A stretch of DNA of 64,000 nucleotides from Candidatus Woesearchaeota archaeon (GCA_016188265.1 JACPID010000007.1:15555-79554); one strand, 5' to 3'; shown: positions 9,141 to 19,892, counted from the stretch's first letter. Numbers and translations are program-made. Notes: a model not told the origin generated them from the sequence alone.

Positions 9141-10879
9141 AATTAAATAAAGAAATTATTGTCATAACATTATTGATAATTTTTGCTTTTTTAGGATTAG
9201 TTCTAAGAAACTTCCCATTTAGCCAGGGAAATTTTGATAAAATGATGCCTCCTGTAATTACATCATATGATTTATTTGCAAATATAGACTATGCGTCCTG
9301 GATTTATGAATCAGAAGATGCAAGATATTATAATCCTTCACGCATTTTTGGTATTGAAAATTCTCTGGTACAGCAGCCAATATTTTTTCATCTATATATA
9401 GCAACTTTTGGCAAAATAGCAAACCTCCATCCGTTTCAAGCAACAAGTTTTATCACTAGTATATTATCTATCCTTATAATACTTGTATTCTTTATAATAG
9501 TTAAAAGGTATTTTAACACAACACTAGCATTAATCACAGCATCTTTTGCATTGATTCCTCATGCATCACTTTGGTTTTTTCAAATGAACGTTGGATTTTT
9601 ATATGATTATTATGCATTCCTATTTGTTCCAACAATACTTTTTTTCATTTTGTTCTCTATTGATCAAGAATATTCTAACAAAGAAATAACACTTCTAGGA
9701 ATCATAATCGGTGCATTAATCAGTAGTCAATGGTTGTCGCATTTTGTAGAATTATTTGCATTTATTCCGTTTTTTTTATTAATAATCTTGTACTTATTGT
9801 TGAAAAAAAAGCTTACAAAAAAATTCAAATGGAGTTTTTTAAGCTTCACAATAACATTCCTGCCATTTTTAGTTTATTTCTATTCATTAACTAGAAAAGC
9901 TCATCTTGGAAGTGGATTTTTAGGAAGTATAAAAGACAGCATACATCTAGGAAAGCAATTAAATTGGCCAAGTTATTTTCCACACTTAAACCTTTCAAAC
10001 ATATTATTATTATTTTTGTTGATTGGGTCAATATTTTTAATAATTTTTTTAATCAACAAAAAAACTACAACACATAAGAAGATATTTATTTTATTTATAA
10101 TATATTTACTAGTCTTTGGCTATTCATATCTAATCGGAATAAATGAGTTTAGAACAATAAGGCAATTATTTAACGGGTATTTTCTAATATTCTTTATATT
10201 TTGTACAGGAATTTATTATTCAATAACGACCTTATTTAAGTGGATTGATAATAAAATTTTAACTGTAGGGCTAATTTTACTAAGTATATTCCCTTTATTT
10301 GCTAATTTTAGCGGGGTCTATTCTGAACTTCAGCAGATGGATCAAAATTCTTTTGTTAACGAAAATAAATGGATTGCTTTGCAATGGATTAAAGATAACA
10401 TAAATAAATCAGATTTTGTTTTTTATCTAAATGGGTATTTTCATGAAGTTGAAATGCTGGCAGGCAAGCCATACTATGAAGGATTGCATCTTCCTACAAT
10501 AGAATATGGACAAAAAAATATTATTAGTTTATGTCAAGGAGAATACCCCGATAATTATTATGGTTGGTGGGGTGCAGCTGAGTATCATCCAGAATTAGGG
10601 GGATATATCAAATCTAGAAAAGGTTTGTTTAATTTTGAAATGATTATGCCTTTACAAAATGTTGATCCTTTATTAAATTACACTTTCACAAAAGATAAAA
10701 AATCACCAGATTATGTTCCATTGAAGTTTTTTGATTACATTGTTTTACAGTATAGAAACACAGAATATAATTCGTGTATGAACTTTTTTATTAATGAAAG
10801 TTTAAGACGTGGAGATAAATTAGTTTGGAGTAATCCTGAAATTGCAATAATAAAAATAAATAAAACCCTTGAACTATGA
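9137..10879 (+). CDS. Polytopic membrane protein, GT-C-like paralog (module C large subunit)
   Basis: 580 aa, multi-TM plus a C-terminal soluble domain with QWIKDNINKSDFVFYLNGY. ATGA coupling at both ends. Confidence 0.5.
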   Translation: MKLNKEIIVITLLIIFAFLGLVLRNFPFSQGNFDKMMPPVITSYDLFANIDYASWIYESEDARYYNPSRIFGIENSLVQQPIFFHLYIATFGKIANLHPFQATSFITSILSILIILVFFIIVKRYFNTTLALITASFALIPHASLWFFQMNVGFLYDYYAFLFVPTILFFILFSIDQEYSNKEITLLGIIIGALISSQWLSHFVELFAFIPFFLLIILYLLLKKKLTKKFKWSFLSFTITFLPFLVYFYSLTRKAHLGSGFLGSIKDSIHLGKQLNWPSYFPHLNLSNILLLFLLIGSIFLIIFLINKKTTTHKKIFILFIIYLLVFGYSYLIGINEFRTIRQLFNGYFLIFFIFCTGIYYSITTLFKWIDNKILTVGLILLSIFPLFANFSGVYSELQQMDQNSFVNENKWIALQWIKDNINKSDFVFYLNGYFHEVEMLAGKPYYEGLHLPTIEYGQKNIISLCQGEYPDNYYGWWGAAEYHPELGGYIKSRKGLFNFEMIMPLQNVDPLLNYTFTKDKKSPDYVPLKFFDYIVLQYRNTEYNSCMNFFINESLRRGDKLVWSNPEIAIIKINKTLEL

Positions 10880-11250
10880 ACCTAACTAAAATTATTACAA
10901 AAGAAGAATTCAACCCATTACTATACTCGGCTATTGTACTTTTTATAGTCAGTATTTTAGGAATATTATTAACTCAAACAAGCTCAAAAACTATATTTTA
11001 TTTAATTTTTGCAATTTTCTTTTATTTGATCACTCCAGGATATTTTATTTTACTTAACTTTAAAAATCTTGACAGTCTAGAAAGGATTGTGCTTGGAATG
11101 GTAATTAGCTCTGCAATTATTCCATTAATATTATATAGTATTAATATTTTTGGAATTAAAATATCTAGAATAAATGTATTTATTACAATATTGTTGGTAA
11201 TAATTATTGCATTAATAATTAAGAATTACAGGTGCAAAAACAAATGTTAA
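10876..11250 (+). CDS. Small membrane protein (DUF1616-N-terminal-like), paralog of 7787-8164
   Basis: 124 aa with ITKEEF...ITPGYFILL...LERIVLGMVISS. Same position in its module as the 125-aa gene. Confidence 0.55.
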   Translation: MNLTKIITKEEFNPLLYSAIVLFIVSILGILLTQTSSKTIFYLIFAIFFYLITPGYFILLNFKNLDSLERIVLGMVISSAIIPLILYSINIFGIKISRINVFITILLVIIIALIIKNYRCKNKC

Positions 11251-11954
11251 GTGATCGCTCATTATTTGCATTTAATTTTATTCCAGAGAATACGCAAAAG
11301 TTGCTGGATTTAGGATGTGGTAATGGTTCAACTGCCAATGAATATTTTGCTAAAGCAAAAGAAGTTTATGGACTTGAAATTAAAGAATCTGCGGTAAGTG
11401 AAGGAAAGCGCCTGAATCCTGAGATTAAATTTTTTCTCACTAGTGATGGAACATTTCCTTTTAAAGATAAATTTTTCGACGTCATAGTAATGACAGATGT
11501 TTTTGAACATGTAATAAACGAAAAACTGGTAATAGAAGAAGTCCGCAGAACACTCAAAACAAAAGGATGTCTAATTTTATCAGTTCCTCACAAAGGTTTG
11601 CTTGGATGGCTTGATCCTTTTAATTTAAAATTCCAATTTCCAAGATTATACAAATGGTGGAAAGGACAAAAGTTCAATCCTGATATTTATAAAATAGATG
11701 ACTGGCACAGGCATTATTCTTTGGAAGATCTTAAAAAATTTTTAGAAGCAGAATTTGAAATTGAAACAGTGCATAGAGGTGGATTAATTATTTATCCACT
11801 AACTTGGCTTTTTAATGATATGCTTCTTCACAAATTTCCAATACTTAGGAAAATATTTACTGATAAGATTATGAGATTTTTTTTTAACTTAGATTACAAA
11901 ATAAATTTCAGAAGGTTTGGGTATCACATTATTTTAAAGGCAAAGAAATTGTGA
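11244..11954 (+). CDS. Class I SAM-dependent methyltransferase
   Basis: LLDLGCGNGS motif I, MTDVFEHV, and HRHYSLEDLKKFL as in the 2842 paralog. ATG at 11244 preferred over the track GTG at 11232. Confidence 0.8.
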   Translation: MLSDRSLFAFNFIPENTQKLLDLGCGNGSTANEYFAKAKEVYGLEIKESAVSEGKRLNPEIKFFLTSDGTFPFKDKFFDVIVMTDVFEHVINEKLVIEEVRRTLKTKGCLILSVPHKGLLGWLDPFNLKFQFPRLYKWWKGQKFNPDIYKIDDWHRHYSLEDLKKFLEAEFEIETVHRGGLIIYPLTWLFNDMLLHKFPILRKIFTDKIMRFFFNLDYKINFRRFGYHIILKAKKL

Positions 11955-11980
11955 TTAAAAAACCAAATTGGTCGGTATAA

Positions 11981-12598
11981 ATGAAAAAATTACTTAAAAA
12001 AAAAGAAGACAAAATACATAAAGAAAGATTAACAAAATTATATAATATTAAAACAGAAGATAGAAATATAAGTACTTGGTTAAGAATACAACGAATAAAC
12101 AAATTAATACCTTCTGGAAGAAACATTCTAGAGTTAAGTGTTATTAGTGAAATGCCTTGGTGGAAAAGAAATAAAGTAACGCTTGCTGATATTAGCAAAC
12201 ATCCGCTTAACTATTTCAAAGATTATAATAGCAAACAGTTTGATTTTAATGAGCCTTTTCCTTTTAAATCAAAATCATTTGATGTTATTGTTGCTGTAGA
12301 AGTTATAGAACACTTATACAATCCAGAGAACTGCATAAAAGAGTGCTTTCGCTGCTTAAAAGAAGACGGATTATTAATTGGCAGCGTGCCTAATGAATAT
12401 CACTTAAGAAAAAGAATAGAAATACTATTAGGTAAAGACGTGTTCGGTTATGGATATCATTTATGCCATTTTAATAAAAAAAGTCTAACAAAATTATTGA
12501 AAACATCATTTAAAAAAGTTTCAATAAAGGGATATGGACCGGGTATATTTTATCCTTCTTTATTAAGTTCTAATTTAATATTTATTTGTAAGAAATAA
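11981..12598 (+). CDS. Class I SAM-dependent methyltransferase (short form)
   Basis: 205 aa with FDVIVAVEVIEHLYNP and GLLIGSVPN. The motif I region is degenerate. Confidence 0.6.
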   Translation: MKKLLKKKEDKIHKERLTKLYNIKTEDRNISTWLRIQRINKLIPSGRNILELSVISEMPWWKRNKVTLADISKHPLNYFKDYNSKQFDFNEPFPFKSKSFDVIVAVEVIEHLYNPENCIKECFRCLKEDGLLIGSVPNEYHLRKRIEILLGKDVFGYGYHLCHFNKKSLTKLLKTSFKKVSIKGYGPGIFYPSLLSSNLIFICKK

Positions 12599-12657
12599 AC
12601 CATCTATTTTAAAAATATTGGCTAATATTTATAAAAAAAGTAATTAAGTTTTAAAAA

Positions 12658-13341
12658 ATGCTAAACAAACTTTCAGTAATCATTCCTGTTTTTAATGAAA
12701 AAAATACTATAGAAGAAGTAGTAAAAAGAGTTCAGTCAGTAAAGATTCTATTAGAAAAAGAGATTATAATTGTTGATGATGGTTCTACAGATGGAACAAG
12801 AATTGTGTTAAAAAAATTGGATGGTGTTAAAATTATTTTTCATGAAAAAAATAAAGGCAAAGGCGCTGCAATAAGAACTGGAATACAGAATGCAACTGGT
12901 GATATTATTCTTGTTCAAGATGCTGATTTAGAATATAAGCCTGAAGAGTATCCTAAACTAATTCAGCCAATTATTGAAGGAAAGACTGATGTTGTTTATG
13001 GTTCACGTTTTATGGGCGATCATATGCCTAGATATTATTTTAATTATTTAGGAAATAAATTATTAACTTTTTTAACAAACTTGTTGTATGGATCAAATAT
13101 TACTGATATGGAAACCTGTTATAAAGTAATAAAAGCTGATATTTTGAAAGCAATTCCTCTTAATGCAACAAAGTTTGATTTTGAACCAGAAATAACAGCT
13201 AAATTATTGAAAAGAGGCCATACAATTTTTGAAGTTCCAATATGGTATAAGTGCAGATCTTATGATGAAGGCAAAAAAATTAATTGGATTGATGGTTTAA
13301 AAGCTGTTTGGTACTTAATCAAGTATTGTTTTGTGGATTGA
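12658..13341 (+). CDS. Glycosyltransferase family 2 (Dpm1/polyprenyl-phosphate sugar synthase-like, soluble form)
   Basis: SVIIPVFNE, IIVDDGSTDGT, VQDADLEY (DxD). 227 aa. Confidence 0.85.
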   Translation: MLNKLSVIIPVFNEKNTIEEVVKRVQSVKILLEKEIIIVDDGSTDGTRIVLKKLDGVKIIFHEKNKGKGAAIRTGIQNATGDIILVQDADLEYKPEEYPKLIQPIIEGKTDVVYGSRFMGDHMPRYYFNYLGNKLLTFLTNLLYGSNITDMETCYKVIKADILKAIPLNATKFDFEPEITAKLLKRGHTIFEVPIWYKCRSYDEGKKINWIDGLKAVWYLIKYCFVD

Positions 13342-15034
13342 TTTTGTAAAGCGCAAGATGTTTTTGATTTCCAATATTATAAGAAATAATTTCTTTGCTT
13401 AAATTTGATAAGTGCTGATTTAACTGGTTTCCCTGAGTTGGTGGTAGAACGACAAGTACATCAAATTTTCTTGCAGCAGCATCTGCAGGATCTAATCTTT
13501 CACTTGTTTCTATGAATTTTACTCCATTTTTTTGCAAGTATTCTTTATATTCAAGCAGAACAATCATAGGTTGCGTTAATAACATCGGCTCAACTAAAAA
13601 ATATTCTACTTCATATTTTTCTAATAATTCTTGTGTTTGATCTTTTTCATTGCCAAATAATAAGACTATTCCATCTGCATATCTTTCATCAACATCAACA
13701 AAATAATTTGCATGAGTTCTTCTAACAAAAACACATTTTCTTCCAGAAACACCATTCATTGCAAAACAGCCTTCGTCATGAGCAAGAAAAACAGTATTTA
13801 CATTAGTATTTTCTTTAACCCAGTCACCTAATAAAAGCCAGTTTTGAGTATTTGCATCAAGTTGCTCTCCAAACTGAACCCAGCGATCATTTGAATATTC
13901 AGATAAACGATTTTGAAAAAGAATAACAAGCAATAATGTAATTCCTATTAAAAATAGTTTTTTGTATTTTGTTGATAATTTTTGGTGTAAAAAAATAATT
14001 GTTATAACTGTAAATAATAGTGCAATCATTCCAGTGCCCCACAAATGCCCTGGCAAAACCCATCTGCCTAGCAAAGGTCTTGTTATTAAATGATGAAGAG
14101 GGGTGATTATTCCGCCAATAAACAAAAGCACTGCTGTTTTATATAATTTGTTTTTCCAATTCAGAATTGATAATATAAATCCAGATAATGATGCTAGTCC
14201 TAAAATAAAATTATACCAATTGCTTGTATTGAAAAACATTCTTGAAACATTAGAGAGTGCCCAGGATATTCCTAAAGTATCAATATCAGGGCCATTTCTT
14301 TGAAACAAAGGATTTTTAACAGAGTAACTGTATTTGTAAAATAAAGGCCCATAAAATGGTAGTGATATTATGAATCCTATTGAGAATAATAGCCAATAAT
14401 TTTTAATTAATTTAATGATGTTCTTTTCACGAAGTAGATTAACAAAAAGCACTAGCAGCATCGGCATTAAGCCTGCAAGGAAGAAAGCAATTTGAACAAG
14501 AGATGTTAAACCCATAAATAATCCTGCAAGAATTTGATATTTAATTGAAGGATTTTCTGTGTGTTTAAACCAAAAAGCATACCAAAAAGGAATAGTAATC
14601 ATCCATGCTAGGTTATTTGGTGCTGCTTGCGGAATTCCTCTTAATGCCCAGTAAAATAATAAAGTTAACAATGCTCCGTTATTGTTTTTGAAAAATGATT
14701 TTCCAAGATACCAATAAGCAATAGAAGCAAGTATTGTTGTAATTATAGGTGTAAAATTAACTGCTTTCATTAAACTTATTCCTGTTAGAAAAGGTATTAG
14801 TATAAACAAATAATTTCCCAACCAAGGATAAAATGCCAGCTCTCCTTTGAAGTAAGGGCATGTCCAAAAACTGTTTTCTAAATAATTAATTGCAAAGCCA
14901 TGATGTGCATAAAGATCCCCTCCATAATATGGCCCTGGAAGATGTTTAAGCTGGCTGAAAAAATAAAATTCAAGCAATACAAATACAAAAACAAATAATA
15001 TTGCTGTTTTTGCTTGCCAGGATAGTTGTTTCAT
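13319..15034 (-). CDS. Polytopic membrane protein, GT-C-like paralog
   Basis: 571 aa, multi-TM N-terminal two thirds, soluble C-terminal domain with DWVKENTNVNTVFLAHDEG. Confidence 0.5.
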   Translation of the reverse strand: MKQLSWQAKTAILFVFVFVLLEFYFFSQLKHLPGPYYGGDLYAHHGFAINYLENSFWTCPYFKGELAFYPWLGNYLFILIPFLTGISLMKAVNFTPIITTILASIAYWYLGKSFFKNNNGALLTLLFYWALRGIPQAAPNNLAWMITIPFWYAFWFKHTENPSIKYQILAGLFMGLTSLVQIAFFLAGLMPMLLVLFVNLLREKNIIKLIKNYWLLFSIGFIISLPFYGPLFYKYSYSVKNPLFQRNGPDIDTLGISWALSNVSRMFFNTSNWYNFILGLASLSGFILSILNWKNKLYKTAVLLFIGGIITPLHHLITRPLLGRWVLPGHLWGTGMIALLFTVITIIFLHQKLSTKYKKLFLIGITLLLVILFQNRLSEYSNDRWVQFGEQLDANTQNWLLLGDWVKENTNVNTVFLAHDEGCFAMNGVSGRKCVFVRRTHANYFVDVDERYADGIVLLFGNEKDQTQELLEKYEVEYFLVEPMLLTQPMIVLLEYKEYLQKNGVKFIETSERLDPADAAARKFDVLVVLPPTQGNQLNQHLSNLSKEIISYNIGNQKHLALYKINPQNNT

Positions 15035-16887
15035 TTTTTAATAAATTGTTCATGCCAGATTTGAAATGTTAATAAAGTCCACAATTGCCGTGCATAATAT
15101 AAAGGAGCATTATCAAATTTTTCTTTAATTTTTTGAATATAATCATACTTAAATATTCCTTGATCAGCAATTGATTGTTTTGATAAATATTGATCAACAA
15201 ATCGGGATAGATCATTTTTCAGCCATTTATCAATAGGAACATAAAATCTTTGTTTTTTTCTATTTAAAATTTCACGCGGTAAAAAAGACTGCATTGTCTT
15301 TCTTAGAATTATTTTATCATTAAAACCTTTTAATTTGTGTGAAATAGGAAGTTTATTAACAAAATTTACCAGCCTATAATCAAGAAAAGGGGTTCTTTCT
15401 TCAACACCCCAAGCCATTGTCATTCTATCAGCCTTCATCAGCATATTTTCTGGCAAAATAGTTTTTTGTTCGTGCAACAATATTTGATTTACTAAAGAAA
15501 TTTGGTTATCAAATCTCAAAAATAATTTATCGGGCTTTTTCAAAAGCACTTCATTTTGTTCTGAATCATCAAATACAGAAACTATTTCTTTATAGGCATC
15601 ATCATTAAATTTTGCAAGCAACATCTCTTTGGCCCTTTGTTTTCCTTTTTCTCCCAATGATTGTGCATACTTAAAAACATGTTTTAAAATGCTTGAAGGT
15701 ATTTTATCAATAGCAGGAGCCAATAAATTTCTAAAACCACCCAATCTATTACGCAATTGCAAAAACTTTACTTGTTCATACCCCGCAAGAATTTCATCAG
15801 CCCCATCTCCTGTAAGAATAACTGTTACATTTTTTTTTGCTTGTTGAGATAATAAATAAACAGGAAGAAGCGCTGGATCAGCTAAAGGTTCATCGCAGTG
15901 CCATATTATTTTTGGCAAATTCTTTGCAGTATCATAATTAATAATAAATTCTTGATGTGTTGTATTAAGATGTTCACTTATTTTACGCGCATATTTTAAT
16001 TCATCAGTTTCTTCACCATATCCAAAACCCACTGAAAAAGTTTTAATCTCAGCGTCTTTATTTAATTGACGCATCATTGCAACAATGCTGCTGGAATCAA
16101 TGCCTCCGCTTAAGTAAACTCCCAGAGGCACATCAGAAATAAGCCTTTTAGAAACAGAATCTTTAAACAAAGAAAAAAAACGCTCTTTTGCTTTTTCAAA
16201 AGAAATAATAGTTTGAGGAGTAAATTGTGTTTGCCAATAAATATTTTTTTTTAAATTTCTTGTTTCAATATCATAAACAATATACTCGCCTGGAAGAACT
16301 CTAAAAATTCCTTTAAAAATTGTTTCAACACCATAAACACAGCGGAAAGCAAGATATTTAGATAATACTTTATCATTTACTTCTTTAGATATTAATTCAT
16401 CTTCTAAAATTGCTTTTATTTCAGAAGCAAATAAAAACTTTAAATTATCAAAATAATAATATAAAGGTTTTACTCCGAGCCTGTCTCTTGCAAGAAATAA
16501 TTTTTTTCTTTTTATGTCATAAATGCAAAAAGCAAACATTCCATTAAACAATTGAACACAATCTTCTCCATACTCAGCATAAGCATTAATAATAACTTCA
16601 GTATCTGTACTTGTTTCAAATCTATGCCCTTTTTTTTCTAAATCAGCGCGTATTTCTTTAAAATTAAATATTTCTCCATTAAAAACAATAACTAACTCAC
16701 CTTTTTTGTTAGCCATTGGCTGCTTTCCTTTTTCAGAAAGATCAATGATGCTCAAACGTTGATGCCCAAGACTTACTAAATCATCACTCCAAATCCCATG
16801 TTGATCCGGACCTCTGTGAGAAATTGTTTTTAATCCTTTTTCAAGAAGTTGTTTATCGGTTCCTATAAATCCAAAAATTCCGCACAT
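15031..16887 (-). CDS. asnB: Asparagine synthase (glutamine-hydrolysing)-type amidotransferase
   Basis: MCGIFGF Ntn-Cys start, SGGIDSS PP-loop, 618 aa. Glycan-cluster context suggests a sugar-amidating role rather than Asn synthesis. Confidence 0.85.
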   Translation of the reverse strand: MCGIFGFIGTDKQLLEKGLKTISHRGPDQHGIWSDDLVSLGHQRLSIIDLSEKGKQPMANKKGELVIVFNGEIFNFKEIRADLEKKGHRFETSTDTEVIINAYAEYGEDCVQLFNGMFAFCIYDIKRKKLFLARDRLGVKPLYYYFDNLKFLFASEIKAILEDELISKEVNDKVLSKYLAFRCVYGVETIFKGIFRVLPGEYIVYDIETRNLKKNIYWQTQFTPQTIISFEKAKERFFSLFKDSVSKRLISDVPLGVYLSGGIDSSSIVAMMRQLNKDAEIKTFSVGFGYGEETDELKYARKISEHLNTTHQEFIINYDTAKNLPKIIWHCDEPLADPALLPVYLLSQQAKKNVTVILTGDGADEILAGYEQVKFLQLRNRLGGFRNLLAPAIDKIPSSILKHVFKYAQSLGEKGKQRAKEMLLAKFNDDAYKEIVSVFDDSEQNEVLLKKPDKLFLRFDNQISLVNQILLHEQKTILPENMLMKADRMTMAWGVEERTPFLDYRLVNFVNKLPISHKLKGFNDKIILRKTMQSFLPREILNRKKQRFYVPIDKWLKNDLSRFVDQYLSKQSIADQGIFKYDYIQKIKEKFDNAPLYYARQLWTLLTFQIWHEQFIKK

Positions 16888-16891
16888 AATA

Positions 16892-17821
16892 TCACGTTAT
16901 TCTTTTAACTTGATAACTAGGCTCATCTTTATAATACATACGTATTAAAATTTCTGCAAGAAAACCAAACATCATTGTTAAACTTCCAGTAATCAGCAGT
17001 ATGCCTGAGAAAATAAGCAATGGCCCTAAATCTAACTTATTTATTACAACTGCTTTTAGTACTTGTTCAATAAATATAATTCCTGAAATAACATATTGAA
17101 TAACAGCAAGAGATCCGAAAAAATGAATTGGTCTTGTGCTAAAATCTGCCCAAAATTTAATAAATAAAAGATCAAAAAAACCTTTGAATACTCTTTTCCA
17201 ATTATATTTTGTTTTACCTTTATACCTTTTATGATGTTTTATTTTACACTCACCAATCTTGTATCCCTTTAAAAAAAGATAAGAAGTTATATATCTGTGC
17301 ATTTCTCCATATAATTGAAAATCTTTAAAACACTCTCTTCTATATGCTTTAAGACTACAGCCTGCATCATGAATTTTTTCACCTGTTAATCTTTTTCTCA
17401 CAAAATTCGCAATTATAGAAAACATGATTTTTGATAAAGAATCTTTCCTATTGCAACGCCATCCAGAAACAACATCATATCCTTTTTTTAATTTTTCAAT
17501 AAGCTTAGGAATATCTGCAGGATCATTTTGAAGATCAGCATCAAGTGTTACAATTATTGAACCTCTAGAATATCTTATACCTGCATCAAATGCTGCTGTC
17601 TGCCCGTAATTTCGCAATAACTGAATCAGCCTAACACTAAAATCATGCGTACGTATATACTCTATCTCATCTGCCGAGTAATCATTACTTCCATCATCAA
17701 CAAAAATAAGTTCATAAGAATAATATTTCAGCGCTTGAACTATTTTATCATACAAATATCTGATATTTTGTTCTTCATTATATACTGGAATAACTAAAGA
17801 TATTTCAGGAATACTGTTCAT
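16892..17821 (-). CDS. GT2 polyprenyl-phosphate glycosyltransferase with C-terminal TM helices (GtrB/ArnC/AglK-like)
   Basis: SLVIPVYNEE, LIFVDDGSNDYS, LDADLQNDP, and two C-terminal TM helices. Confidence 0.8.
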   Translation of the reverse strand: MNSIPEISLVIPVYNEEQNIRYLYDKIVQALKYYSYELIFVDDGSNDYSADEIEYIRTHDFSVRLIQLLRNYGQTAAFDAGIRYSRGSIIVTLDADLQNDPADIPKLIEKLKKGYDVVSGWRCNRKDSLSKIMFSIIANFVRKRLTGEKIHDAGCSLKAYRRECFKDFQLYGEMHRYITSYLFLKGYKIGECKIKHHKRYKGKTKYNWKRVFKGFFDLLFIKFWADFSTRPIHFFGSLAVIQYVISGIIFIEQVLKAVVINKLDLGPLLIFSGILLITGSLTMMFGFLAEILIRMYYKDEPSYQVKRIT

Positions 17822-17958
17822 AGAGTAGTACCTGGGTGGCTTATTATTATAGTTATTTGTAATATTTTTATAAATGAACTTGTATTATCTCACAATAAGC
17901 AATATATTTTTAAAAATTTATTCAATAGATTTAAAAAAACAACGGAATATTTATAAAT

Positions 17959-18792
17959 ATGCTTAAAACTGCATTATTTAGTATTAGTAGATTTTTTTAT
18001 TGTATTTATGAGATAACAGGCAACAAACATTTTAGCAGGAAAATATGTATAGTATTGCTAAGAAATTTTTTAAAAATCACTTTAAAAAGAATCATAACAA
18101 AATATTTTAATAAAAATATTACACGTGAAAAATTTCTTGATTTTAAGATAGTGTTTGATACATATGAGAATTTTCATTATTTATTTCAGGAAATATTTGT
18201 TCACCAATATTACTATTTTAAAACAAATAAAAAAAATCCTAACATTATTGATTGCGGTGCTAACATTGGTATGTCAATTCTTTTTTTCAAATGGATCTAT
18301 CCTGAAGCAAAAATAATTGCATTTGAACCCAATCCAAAATCTTTTGAACTTCTTAAAAAGAACATAGAACAAAATAAGTTAAAAGAAATTACTTTAGTGA
18401 ATGCTGCGGTTTGTGATGTAGAAAAAAATATGAAGTTTAGCGTAAATGGAAGTCAATTAAGTTTTTTGAAAACTGTTAAAGATAAAAATGAAGAAGTATT
18501 TGTTCGGGCTGTAAAATTATCTAAATACATCGATAAAACTGTTGATTTATTAAAAATTGATATAGAAGGTGCAGAAGGCAAGGTTATTTCTGAAATTAAA
18601 TCTAAACTTAAACTAGTTAATCAAATGGTTTTTGAATATCATGAACGTGGAAATATAAATTCTTTATCAGAGATTCTTAGTAATTTAAAAGAGTTTAAAT
18701 TAGTTTTCGCATATAGTAGCATGCATAAAGTTCCAACAAAGTATAACTGGTTTATAATAATGGTTTATTGTTTTAGAGATGTCGATAATTAA
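17959..18792 (+). CDS. FkbM-family methyltransferase
   Basis: IIDCGANIGMSILFF, AFEPNPKSFELLKKN, LLKIDIEGAEG. Confidence 0.75.
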   Translation: MLKTALFSISRFFYCIYEITGNKHFSRKICIVLLRNFLKITLKRIITKYFNKNITREKFLDFKIVFDTYENFHYLFQEIFVHQYYYFKTNKKNPNIIDCGANIGMSILFFKWIYPEAKIIAFEPNPKSFELLKKNIEQNKLKEITLVNAAVCDVEKNMKFSVNGSQLSFLKTVKDKNEEVFVRAVKLSKYIDKTVDLLKIDIEGAEGKVISEIKSKLKLVNQMVFEYHERGNINSLSEILSNLKEFKLVFAYSSMHKVPTKYNWFIIMVYCFRDVDN

Positions 18793-19892
18793 AATTCAAC
18801 TACACTAAAAACATCTTCTACTTTAGTATCACTAAACCAGTCTTTTCCTTCACCGTAATTAGTTGTATAAAGATCAACTCTTGCATCATATTTTTTTTCA
18901 TTTTTCCATATTGCCTTTGATCCTTTTGTAAGTGGAGCTTTTCTTTTTGGATGTGTGCATCCAAATATTGTTATTACTGGTTTGTTCATTGATGCTGCTA
19001 TATGCATTGGTCCTGAATCATTACAAATAATTTTCTTACAATAATTTATGAGTGCTGCTGTTTGATAAATGCTGGTTTTTCCTGCAAAATCATAGATATT
19101 TTTATGATGATCTAACCTAGCTTTGATGTCTTCGTGAAGTTTTTTATCATTATTTCCTCCAAATAGAAAGATTGTGTGTTTATTTTGTAGTTTTTTTATT
19201 AATTCAACATAATTCTCTTTAGGCCAGATGCGAGTTTTATCATAATCTCTCCCAGGATTGTGCGCTCCTCCAGGAATGACCCCTATGATAGTTTTCTTTT
19301 CTAGCTTGTTTTTTTTTATAAATAAATGTGCAAATTCTAAATCAGTTTTTAAAGGAAATAAGTCTAGTTTAGTGTTTTTTTCAGTTAAGTTAAATGCTTT
19401 TAATAATTCTAAATAATATTCTATTTCATGTTTTATAACACCATAATTTACATTATAATTATTTGAAAAGCCCTCTCCAAAACGATTGAAGCCTATTCTT
19501 TGAGAAATTCCAGTTGCCAAAATAAATAAGTTAGCCAGCCAAGATTTATCAAGAATAAATGCTGTGTCATATTTTTGTTTTTTTATTTTAATTAATAATC
19601 TTATTTTGTTGAAAGGATTTTTTGCATGAAAACTTTCATCTGGCATTGAAAATACGTTATTAAGATAAGGATTATTTTGAAGAACCTTCGCGCTCCAATT
19701 GCCAGTTAAATAATCAATAATAGTTTCAGGATATTTTTTTCTCAATACCCTGATTAGAGGTGTTGTCATTAATACATCTCCGATTGCTCCTGACTTAAAA
19801 AGAAGAATTTTTTTAGGAGAACTTATTTTATGAGAAATAAATGGTTTGAAAAATAAATTTCCAAGAGCACAAACAAGTTTTGTTATAATCAT
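18789..19892 (-). CDS. Glycosyltransferase family 9 (heptosyltransferase-like)
   Basis: KILLFKSGAIGDVLMTTPLIRVLRKKYPE and NDSGPMHIAASMNKPVITIFG, the classic GT9 signatures. 4-nt overlap with hldE. Confidence 0.75.
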   Translation of the reverse strand: MIITKLVCALGNLFFKPFISHKISSPKKILLFKSGAIGDVLMTTPLIRVLRKKYPETIIDYLTGNWSAKVLQNNPYLNNVFSMPDESFHAKNPFNKIRLLIKIKKQKYDTAFILDKSWLANLFILATGISQRIGFNRFGEGFSNNYNVNYGVIKHEIEYYLELLKAFNLTEKNTKLDLFPLKTDLEFAHLFIKKNKLEKKTIIGVIPGGAHNPGRDYDKTRIWPKENYVELIKKLQNKHTIFLFGGNNDKKLHEDIKARLDHHKNIYDFAGKTSIYQTAALINYCKKIICNDSGPMHIAASMNKPVITIFGCTHPKRKAPLTKGSKAIWKNEKKYDARVDLYTTNYGEGKDWFSDTKVEDVFSVVEF

